A DNA stretch of 64,000 bases from Marsupella aquatica (Eukaryota; Plantae; Marchantiophyta): assembly GCA_973895155.1 (NCBI GenBank), contig OZ316891.1, forward strand, positions 16,705,651 to 16,769,650, read 5' to 3'. The notes beneath the pieces are model-generated. The model was not told where the DNA came from. It was given only the letters and a program-made list of their open reading frames with translations, and did no database searches. This document shows, piece after piece, positions 1 through 10,881 of the stretch (position 1 is the first letter of the stretch; every line of letters starts with the position of its first letter). The position numbers and the translations under genes were made by a program.

Positions 1-664
1 CAGCCCACCAAAGCAACAGACCGACGATTGGAGGCGTTCAACCCGTGGCCCGCATGATGCGTAAACAACTCCTTAAACATAAACACAGACCACGAGTCTT
101 TAGACACATTAACGGACACATACATAGAGATTACACCTTTTAATTTCCCTTATGCACCCTTTTTGCATACTATAAGGACTTACATTCAATAACTAGACCC
201 AAACTTATGTTATAGTAGTGGCACTCTTTCCATAATGGAAGCATGGTTTTAATGAGACCATACTACATTGGGCCAGACCATAGACCATAGGGTTAGCTTT
301 CCCCATCATATGGTTGGCTGTAACACACTCATCACCCAACCAAGGGGGAGTGTTATAAGTGATAAACCTAACCCCGGTAAACTAGACTTACCCTAGTGAA
401 TAGGGACAAGAGGTGGTTACATAACCACCACGCCCTATACTATATAGGGAGCCCCCATACTCCCAAATGGAATAGAAGGTAGTGAGTTTGTTGGCGCATG
501 AGATCTATGTCCCTGAATATTCTTAGCTATAAAGTGAGGAAAGAAGAAACTTTGCACAACTCTCCCTCCAGTTTGCCAGATCCCAAATGCTAGAACATAT
601 GTCAATATATATGTGGAAGGTGGGCATAGCCAATACATATAAATGGAGGGTGTGAAGGATAGTG

Positions 665-3600
665 TCAGTCCCCATCATCTGCAAGGACTGATGGCATTAA
701 GCCCTTCCCTTGCCGAGGGAAAATTGGAATGACAATGGACCATCCTCTCATGGTGTGCATCGGAACCATAATGCACTGATCCACCTGGCTAGGAAAAACT
801 ATGGTGTCACTAAACTCAGTCCCTGTGGGTGCAACTCGGGTTGTGTCCACGCGATAAAAACCACACTCATCCGCAACCATCGTAGCTCTCGCTGGAGGTG
901 ACATGATCGACTTGTGCCACCTCACCTCTAATACAGTGGTGACAAATGACCCAAAATGAACATCTGAATTGTCCACAACTGTCCCACAATAAGGAACCTC
1001 TACATCATCTACATCAGTCATCATGAAGATTCCAGAGTTACAAGTACTCTTCTTCATATGGTCCGTCCTCCAAGTCCGAAAGTGGTGCCCTGACTCATAC
1101 ATGTGTGTATGAGTCGTGGCCCACATCCCTGGCCCCCTAATGATGTTTTGTACATCAATGGGAATGGATGTAGGCCCATGCAGAGCCAAGAGCCTGTCCA
1201 TGCGCTCCAAAGCCCAGACACAAAAAATGATGCAATGCCACGACCTGTTTGCGCAACTCCCACTTGAAGCTCCAACCATGCACTGCCAAATATGTTGTCA
1301 CAAGATTGTTAGAGATTTGCAGCCTTCTCAAATCCAAATCCAAATCACAATCTCATACAATTTTAGAGTACCATACCTATACATCTCCCTCCAATCAGAC
1401 ATCTCCGGTCGATTGCCCAACACATAATTATGGATCTGTCGATGGAAGATGTCATCATCCAATGATTGCTTCTTGGCCGCACCCATCAATTGCAACCCAC
1501 CATTGTCATCATCTTGTGCCTCTTCCCAAGTCATGGGAGCCACGCTGTCCAAACTCCCTATCACCCCCAAGAATAGAAATTAAAGACACTCTGACATAAT
1601 GAACCCTGTTGCCATACTTCCCTCAGGGCGAGCTGGTTGACGCACCCAACCCTTGAGCACCTTCATATATTGCTCAATCCAATACATCCACCGGGCATGG
1701 ACTGGGCCCGCAATGGCAACTTTATCCACTAGGTGACATAGCAAGTGCATTTGCATGTCAAATAGTACATGTTGGGGGGAACACTCGCTCCAAATTGCAC
1801 ATCACTTGCGCCGTCCTCTCCCTCATCAAAGGAATGTCAGACTCCTTGATCTCCTTGCCACATACCCACCTACGAGGCACTCAAAAACATTCCAGGAATA
1901 AATATCTCAACCCAACCAATTGTGGGCTAAGATGGTTACCAATTCAATGCCTAAGCTTATTGATCTCCCTCTACCTAAGATATTCCTAATAACGTCGTTC
2001 TTTAAGACGTTCTGAAAGGTGGGTTCCTAGACGACGTTCTTTACGTCGTATGTGACGTAGTATTGTGATATTACCTAGTCAAGAGAGACGTAAATTATTA
2101 AGAGACAACGTATCTTTTACTAGAATGTCGTTTGAGACACCATAAATTTATGTTCCCATAACACCACAAAATCAAACTCTAAGATAATTCCAACCTGAAA
2201 ATGGAGCACAACTCGTACACTATGAGTCGGAGTAGGCGGCGCTCTCTAGAATCATCGCAACAACACAACACTGTAGGGAGCACATGCTGTATCAACTTGT
2301 GATAATCATGGGACTTCAACCCTATCGGGGGGATGTACTCATTCCTCGTTGTGCACCCACGGAATCCAGCTCCGTAATGGCTTGGGAACTTCATCTCACA
2401 AATCATCCCATTCACATCCTTCAGAATGTCTCGAGGCAAAATCCAAGGGGCTGGTGGTGTCACCCCATTACGTGTTGTCCAAGAAAGAGAATCAACTTGT
2501 TAGGGTTTGGGGTTTCAGGCAATTAATTGCATAATAATACACAATATCCTGGGAAATTCTTACAAATCCAGGGCTGATGTTTTCTCATGTACCTGATATC
2601 CAACAGCTCTTCACAACTCCTACATTTTTTGCATCCACTCGAACTCCACGAGTATCATTCTCACCATACATGTACTTCACCAAATTCTTTGCGACCACTT
2701 CAATGTGCATGGGGTCCAGTAGCCACCGGATCTTGAGCATCTGCTTGCACAACATGGTAATAAAGTGGAAAACTCTAGCATTCTGAGAGTTGATGAAAAA
2801 AACTATACACAATGATAGGCTTATTGTACCTACCCTCCAATAAGGCAAGTCCCACAATGCTGATCGTCGGTTTACTCCACAATCTTTGGGTTTGAGCAGC
2901 TTAGCCTCCACCATCTCTGCCATTTGAATTTGAGCTTTTGTTGAAGGCACATTAGGACATGGTCTCAACTCAGTCTGTGCCCAATGTCTTGTGTTCCATC
3001 GCATGGGGTCATCCATTGATAATCTCATCGTGCTGCCCTCATATGTGGTTTTGTGCAATAGTACTGAGTACCTCCCATGCAACTCAGGGCCACATGAAGG
3101 GCAACCTGAGTAACCAGCCACCTTCAAGCCTGATATTGTGCCCATGCCTGCCAAAGAAACCCCGTCATATTTCCGCAATAAAAGAAGCCAAATGTTCTAC
3201 ATAAAGTGATTTAGCACAATATAATTACATTTTGGTTGCTTTTCAAATTACCTGGCCCATCAGTGGTGCAATGGGTGATCATGACTCTCATGTTGAATGT
3301 CCTCCCATTGTCCAGTGCACGGGGGACATCTATTGTTGGGGCCCCATTTTCCCACAAGTCATGTAGCTCTTCATAAGCTGGGGCCAAGCAAACATCTGGA
3401 TTCTTGCAAGCCTCGGGACCGGGAATGATAGCTAGGAGGAGAACATGACCCTTTTTCATCGCCAACCATGGAGGGATGTTTTGATTTATCAAAAGAACTG
3501 GCCACATGGACTTTGGCTTCCGTCGCTACTTGTATGGGTTTACCCCATCTATTGCCAACCCCAATCAAACGTTCCATGGCTCTGCCGCAAACTTTGGCCA

Positions 3601-3757
3601 TGTGGCATCAATGTGCTTCCATGCTGGACTATCTTGGTGATATCGCATTATCCCTGTTGGGGATTTGGTCTTGGCATGCCAAGTCTGTAGGGAGGATAGG
3701 TGTCTTCGCCAGTACAGATGCTGCAATCGGGGTGTGATTGGAAAATACCTCAGTACC
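665..3757 (-). pseudogene. CACTA transposase (TnpD/Transposase_21, DUF4218- and DUF4216-like), downstream exons; frameshifted
   Basis: Motifs LRYFPITPRLQHLY, DSPAWKHID, WPVLLINQNIPPW, LLDPMHIE, GLKSHDYHKLIQH and HLVDKVAIAGPVHARWMYWIEQYMKVLKGWVRQPARPEGSMA (~1600-1760), separated by GT-AG introns. Confidence 0.9.
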
Positions 3758-3804
3758 TGAATGGAAGACAACCATGAGGAATAATTCATCGTTAACATAA
3801 AAAA

Positions 3805-3928
3805 TACGTTCACCAGAACTATGTTCACCAGAACTACGTTCCCCAAACATATACATTGTTCAAGATGACGTATTAACTATATGTTGACCATAACTACGTT
3901 CCCTAAATATATACGTTGTTCAGGACGA
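3805..3928. repeat. ~60-bp intronic minisatellite, left part; continues at 15283-15345
   Basis: Unit gatgacgtattaactatatgttgaccataactacgttccctaaatatatacgttgttca occurs at 3864-3922 and again, nearly identical, at 15286-15344. Confidence 0.85.
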
Positions 3929-4162
3929 GGGGAATTTACAAACGACAGCAAACAGATAACAGTAACAGCAAACAGTTACTGTTATCAGCTAAAAGAAACT
4001 GTTACCAATGAACAGTGTTTGGGTAGCAGTGAACACTGATCATGAAAAAAGTGGACTAAAGATGCGTTTCAAACTACTGGTATAGAAATGAATACGATCA
4101 AATTCGCATGAAAGGAAATTGGACTAGACGGAATCATGTATTTTACAACAAATAAAACCGTT

Positions 4163-5048
4163 TCACAATTGAGATAAACAAAATCCGAGACCAATATATG
4201 TCAAAATGCACAGGGGAAAAATAAAACTGCCATATACAATCGCAAAGTACATAACACGTTCGGCGCAGGTCCAAAAAATGCCCATATAAGTTACAACCTG
4301 TAGGCCTAGAAATCTGATATACAGAAGCCACGGTAGACCCCGGCTGAGGATTTCCAGTAAAACAAAAGCAGTGTTGGGCGCTAGCCAACAACTGCAGGAA
4401 AAACTACGGAATTCCTGAAGACGACATCCGGGAAAAATCCTAACAACTAAGCCGAGGGCGACTCCATCCTGAAACATCGAAAGAGCTTAAGCAGCGCTCG
4501 GCTCTAGCTTAAAGTGATCACCAAACTGAACAATGTGATGCCGTTCTTCATGAAAAACCGGAGGAACAAGCAATAAGTGATTGCATCTAGCTTTCAGAGT
4601 TGCAATCATCCTCCAATCCTGCCGCTTCTCTCCTCCGATTTTTCTTGAATCCAAGACCACGCAATCGAATGTATCTCTCAGAAGGACCCCAATGCACTGC
4701 CCTCGTATAACCTTCATTGGGAATGTTACTGTCCTCAAAGTCAACTCGCCCAAACATTTCTTGAACTTTCCTATCGATTGGCAGTACACCATCAATAGGA
4801 ACAGCCTGATGAGACGAGAACGTGCTTGCAAATGGGAGCGGAGGAGAATCGACGATCCATGGGATGTTCTTTTCTCCAGGACTAATAGCTTCATCATACG
4901 GTAGAGCGTGACGGTTCCGAAAAGTAGAGGTTTCAGTTTCCTCAGTCTCCATCCGTGACTTAAAAGAACTGAAATGGCTCTCTTCCGGACGCACACGAGA
5001 AGGGAGGAACGTTGCCTCCCAATCCATGAGCTCACCGTTTGTCTCCAT
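4163..5048 (-). pseudogene. Possible third, degenerate cargo ORF of unknown function in the MULE
   Basis: Overlapping minus-strand ORFs 4587-5240, 4487-5035 and 4163-4477 can be joined across a frameshift and a stop. No domain recognised. Confidence 0.35.
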
Positions 5049-5299
5049 GTTTAATGAATCCAATCTAGTGGCAACTTCCCCTCTGAAAAAATGCAAAAAT
5101 TGTCTGCAAAAGGCCCGCAAAGGTTCGAAAATGGTCGTGGGTCCAAAAGATCTTGTCCGGGAGGAATGTCTCCCTCGAAACACCCGAAATGTATCTCCAG
5201 AAAAGGGGCCGCAACCGGGCGTCTGTCCCAAAATAGTCACCTGTCCAAAAACTTGTCGTCCGTGACAAGTGTCATCCTTGAAAACCGTCGTTTAGGGTT

Positions 5300-5420
5300 T
5301 GATCCTAAAATGTCGTCTGAGAGAGATGCCGCCAACAAGAGATCCTAAAATATCGTGCGAAAAAGCTGTCAACAAGAGATCCGAATGTCATCCAAGAGAT
5401 CCGAAAATGTCGTCCGAATA
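5300..5420. repeat. Short tandem repeat (aagagatccKaaaatRtcgt-like units)
   Basis: gatcctaaaatgtcgtc / gatcctaaaatatcgtg / gatccgaatgtcatcc / gatccgaaaatgtcgtcc in tandem. Confidence 0.7.
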
Positions 5421-5748
5421 TAGCCGATGTGGGTATCTTTGGAAAACTAACGGACCTAAATGAAATGGCCGTTGGTATTCGAAACGTCTATTATACTATG
5501 TATTCACTACTATTTGTCTCATTATGATGACCGTTGGTAGGACACGACAAAGACCAAACGGCCGTGTTACACAAAGAAGAGCTGGAAATATTTACTTTAC
5601 GAATCACCATTTGGCGAGCGCCTGGCGCTTGTAAAAACACAAGGAATCAGACCTTAATTTATCAGGAGTCAATGAGAAGATTTGAATACAACTTGGTACT
5701 AGCGCCAGGCGCTGGTAAAAAATTACTCCCTAAACTCCTCAATACGTG

Positions 5749-8700
5749 TCACAATTCTGCAGATTCTGATTCGGAACCAGAATCTGAACTCTCGGATTTG
5801 TCCGTGGACATAGCCTCATCATCTATGTACTGGCTGCGGGAGAAGTCATCAACATAAGGATGTTTCATGAACTTCCTGTCAACACCCCTTCTTAACCGAA
5901 GACCTTTGTTTTCCCAGCAAAGCGTCCTTGTACCCTAGGCTTTCCTTGCGGCTTTCTCTGCATAGGAGGGAAGAACAAAAGGTTTTTCTGGTGTTTCTAT
6001 GTTGTGTCTAGCAACCCTCCTTCGCAGTTTGAAACGTCTCCTTGCATTCCACTCTGACCTGATCAAACAAAATCCAGCTAGTTAGGAGCCTTTCTCCAAA
6101 ACAACACAAAAATGTTATAAATTGACGGGAATGGAGAAAGAAGCTTACGAGTTTATGAACATTACTCGGAAGAGTCATCACTATCGGTTTCATCAGGAGA
6201 TCAACGAGGTTCTTCCTTTTCCTCCTCCGAGTCCCTTGTACCTTGTTCATCTCCATCTCCACCTTCACTGGACTCATCATCAGAATCAAAATTGAGTACC
6301 TACCAAAGCTTATCTCGCTTCTTTCTGTCGGCAATAGGAACAGGTGGAGGTAAAACCGCAATCTCTTTGGGAGACAACAAATCCATGAAAACCTTCGAAG
6401 TGGTTTCAATAAATTCTTTTCTATGTTCTATCCCGAGCACAAACCTCCCGGAGAAGTCTCCAGCAATGAAGGAGCTTCCAGCCCCAGCGGTCCAATCCAT
6501 AAAAATATCACGAGGTCGGGTGACAAGCTTTATGACAGATTGCATAAACCCAACAGACAGGCGAGCATTTCCAGAAAATTCCATTTGCGGGAATGGATCG
6601 AATTTGAGAGAAGGGAGTCCGATCAAATTGGTGACCGAGGGGTCCTCACTAATGGAGAGTGGACGGAATTTAGGGTCTTTGGGAATTTTGCATTTCCCAT
6701 TAATTCGACCAAATATGTCCAGCCTGAGGGTAAACATCTGCGGAAAGCAATCCCAAGTGTCAGTTGGCAACTCTAGGTTAAACGAGTTATATTTCAAAAT
6801 GCGACATTGTTAAGAGTACATAATTACATGACGGTCTGTCTTTGCCGCGTACATCGGGACAGACATTACAACATTATGCGTGCATATGCACTGAAATTTT
6901 CTCGATTCTTGACAGGCAGCAATGACTTGAGACATGGGATCGTACTCCCCATTGTGTAGAATTGCTAGGAATCCATCATCTGATAGAAATGGATCCATGG
7001 ACTTGAAAAAAGATCTAGCCATGGAGTGATCTGGAGTGTTCCATTTAGGAACCTTCTTATCTATGATCGTTGGTTTGAACCCGGTCGGTAGGTAAATGAA
7101 ACCGGCATCCACTCCAAACGATCTTTCTTTTCCTCCCAGCACAACACCCTTCTCTTTATATCCCGACTTAACGAGATCCTTCCCCCACTGCTCCACATTA
7201 CTAACCCAATCAGGTTTTTCCCCCTTGTTGAAAGTCGAGTCAAAAAATTTGGACATGCTTGTCTCAACCATGGCATGATGAGACACTCTAGTTTTGAAGT
7301 TTCCAACTTCACGTTGGACACCGGATGCTGCAACACTCTCCCTTGAAGAAGGTCCACCTTGGATAGCTCGCTTTCGTTTCTTCTTGGTACTTGTGGCGTC
7401 GACCGGAACTATTACTTTCCCCTTGTCGACAGGAGTAATGGGGTCCGATCAGGCTCCGGTGTTTGCCTCAGAAACTTCAGGTGTAGCATCCACTTTAGTA
7501 TCTCCTGTTCCCGCTATATTAGACTTCCTCCCTCCTAAATTATCAATAGGTCCTAGTTAGAACAAGTAAATCCGGAGTATTGAAACAAGCTAGCGCCAGG
7601 CGCTAACCAAATAAAAATCACTTAGGTCTCAACAAAGGCCTAAGAATCTAGAAAGAAATGTGAATTCGAATGACAGTTCTACCCAGCGCCAGGCGCTGGC
7701 CAAACCACGGAACATTATACTCACTTTTCCTCCCAGATTTTGTTGACTCGCTTGGTGCTGCTAACTCCGCTTTTGCTTTCACTTGAGGTTTTCGACTTCA
7801 GTCCACATGAACAATAGTCGTTTCACAGATACTTTGCAAGTCTATCACAGACTTGTCTACATCGTCTATCAGGCCCTGCTTCATGTCCGACACAATTTTT
7901 GCTGGTATGTGGGACTTTGAAAGCTTGTGGAATGCATCTTTCTCCCTTTGATCAAAAGGAGAATCCCATCTATCTGTATCTAGATACCATGGGCAGTGAG
8001 TTCTCTCCCATTATGTCATAGGTCTCGGAGTAAATATGCCCTCCGCTGGGTACATGGAGTACAAATCAGCTATGGCGTCATCCTCACTTATTGTAATCCA
8101 CTTCATGAAAGCTGCAGGATATGCCCAGAAGTAATTAGGTTTGGTTACCTCCATGTGCATGTAGAACCTGTAAAGATACCTTTTAGCCCGCTTCTGGTTT
8201 TTCTGGGTGTAGTCTTCTTTGTCTGGATACTTTGAAGGCCACATCGTGTGAAAGAACTTACTCTTCACAGAATCACCATATCTCTTGAATTCATTTGTAA
8301 CAAACTGAATGAGATCATCAAACGAACCACAATTCCACTCTTCTAATCTAGTTGCGGGCATCGTCTACTCTACTTCACGCAGACATGAATGTAACATGTC
8401 GACAGCAATTCCCTCTACACTATTCCAAGTGATCCAAGTATGACACCATTGTTTGACTGGGTCGTCGTTAACACTTGCCGGGTGGAAAAACTGTCTCCAC
8501 AGCTCAGGATTGCAATCTGCCACAAGTAGGGTGCTTTCCAACTTTGGGTCTAGGGCAGAAACAGCAGTGAACAATCGGGTGCGGTCCATTGTACATACGA
8601 CGGCGTCAGGCTTCTTCTCTCTCTTGTTTCCTCTGTGACAGCATACATTTCTGCACATGTACTAAGAAAATCTTCAATTTAAGACTTAACAAGGGCGTAA

Positions 8701-9954
8701 TTTTTGAGGACTTCACTGCACAGTCTTTGGTTGCGTCCTTCATCATGGCCGCATGGCGTTTGGACATCTCGCCCACCGACCAGGGACTCCCTTGAGCCTC
8801 GGCTGCCTCCATGTCAAGCTTGAATTAGTGAGAATATGACTTTATCTTATTCTCACATAAAATGTAAACAAGAGGTTCCTGTGGCATCTTCTTTGTATAC
8901 CATGACCCCTTCCGAATGCTCTCAAACTTCTTGAAATTAGCTGGATCAATCAGTTTACTGTAATACTCAAGGTCATGCGCCAGAATTTGTTTGATTCTAT
9001 CTGCATCGAGAATCCAGGATGGCTCAACAACGGCTTGGCCAAGCCTACACAAAGAGATGCAGCGAGTTAGAGTCGAAGTACAATTTATGTATAACCAGCG
9101 TCGAGCGCTCTTAAATAGAACACTCGCAAGATTCAAAGAAGGTACCTGAAAAGAACGAGAACTTACTAATTCACGGTGTGCATAGCTATCTCGATTTCAA
9201 TAACAGATCCCTTGTCTCCCTTAAATATTGTGCAGAGCACTCGAGGATGGTATTTTGGATTGTCAAGATTCTCCTCGGTAACAAGTGTCCATGACTACAG
9301 CCTGTGATTTCCATCAAAGACAGAGAACATCTTATCCTTCAGCACGAGAAAATTTGGATCGGCCTCGCATTCTGCCTCAAACTTCTCGTTCTCCAATTGC
9401 CAAATTGGATCCCATGATTGACGAATTTCCTGGGTATAGGTCAGAACAATTCCATTCTCATCCGTTGGCTGCACATAGAAACGCATTCCTATGGAGGAAT
9501 TGTAACCCATACTGCGAAACGAGTCTTTCAGCTTCTCGATGGAAGAGCTATCTTTCTGCAAAGTACGAACCACCTCCATGTGAACCAATCGGCATAGAGG
9601 GATTCGAGGCGGCTCCTTGTCAAATCCACGAGAATCCTTTCCAAAACACATGACATGTTTTGAGATGAGATCAGTCTCCAGGAGTGCGCAGACCGAAATA
9701 TTTTGGATCGCAATCGTGTCAAGGTTCTCCATCTTTCTACGTAGAGATTTAGGAACCAAAACAACGCTAACAGAAGTAGGAGGCAGCAGCTTTGTGGAAC
9801 GAGTTACACGACATGTATAAACTGAAGCAGTAAACGAAGACTGCGAGGATTCAGAATAAGCTTGCTCTTGGTCAGGAGCAGCACTATACCCTCTGGATGA
9901 AGAGGGGAATACCTCCATCATCTTCCTTCCAGAAGCGTACGAACTATCGTACAA
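5749..9954 (-). pseudogene. Multi-exon ParB/Srx-like domain + beta-class N4/N6 DNA methyltransferase-like (PF01555-like) protein; several premature stops
   Basis: N-terminus IPLCRLVHMEVVR...IEKLKDSF...FSVFDGNHRL*SW. C-terminal part VDAGFIYLPTG (motif IV position), FLSDDGFLAIL, FMQSVIKLVTRPRDIFMDWTAGAGSSFIAGDFSGRFVLGIE (motifs X-I-II), then an acidic/basic tail. Approximate introns 9045-9166, 7554-7724, 6738-6827 and 6059-6165. Confidence 0.75.
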
Positions 9955-10192
9955 TGAAATTATGGAACTCTAATCAACTCTCAACGTGTAATATATTCTA
10001 GAAGGAGGGTGGAGTTCAACGGAACTCTTCGATTAAAGCGAGAAGCTCATAAGTTTGGCGGATTCCAACGTATGTATGCAGAGAACTTAATTAGCAAAAT
10101 CAAGCGATAGAAGAAGCATAACACACACGGAACTCATAAGTTACCGTTAAATGTTACCGTTATGACCGTTTTCTTCCCTCACTCGGAATACT

Positions 10193-10603
10193 AGTGCCGG
10201 GCACTATTATAAACAAGTTCCCGTGAAGTAGATAATTTGGATGATTGTCATGGCAGCGCCCGGCGCTAGTAAACATAACAGCTATAGAATAGGTTTGAAA
10301 TGGTGTCTCCAGTAAATAAATTTTGTGAAAACAACCCCATATTTGAAGAAATGTTTAATGTTTTAATGGTTTTTGGGAAACATTACTTGCATCCTATACT
10401 AGCGCCCGGCGCTAGTGATAACGGGTATTTTTCATCCATAGTTTTAAAATAATTCACATTTTCATTGATCATTTAAATCAAATTATTCTATAGTATTGAT
10501 GGATATCTGGAGGGTTTTTCGTATACTAGCGCCTGGCGCTAGTATGAAATATCGAGATTTGGGGCATATTATGTTTGAGATATTTTAGTTAGCGCCAGGC
10601 GCT
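10193..10603. promoter_or_regulatory. Cluster of five AGCGCCNGGCGCT palindromes in the divergent intergenic region
   Basis: Copies start at 10193 (AGTGCCGGGCACT), 10255, 10401, 10528 and 10591. The 10528 copy extends to the 23-bp ATACTAGCGCCTGGCGCTAGTAT. Regulatory role is inferred. Confidence 0.65.
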
Positions 10604-10881
10604 ACTCAAATTGTTCCAACTATACAATATCTTAGAGTCTGTTAAAGATTTTTGTGGTGTCTTTTTTGGCATTATGTACGTGTCTGACATCCGGACTTAT
10701 CGGGGAAAAACAACAAAATTCATTTATGGCGCCAACGGATCCTATATCGACTATGTTTTATGTCTTACACAAATGCATATGTTAACGTGAAGTTCCCATG
10801 TTCGACTGATATAAGCTCCATATTACCATAGACTTTTCTTCCTCGAAACATTACAGTCCTCGTTATTTGTTTTCGATTGCA

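Noticed and set aside
5749-9954. Bacterial or phage contamination explaining the ParB-MTase gene
   Set aside because: It has GT-AG introns (one conserved in the paralog) and sits in a TSD-bounded insertion within a plant TE intron.
10193-10603. Palindromic repeats as a CRISPR array
   Set aside because: Repeats are too short, spacing is irregular (62-146 bp), there are no cas genes, and the context is eukaryotic.
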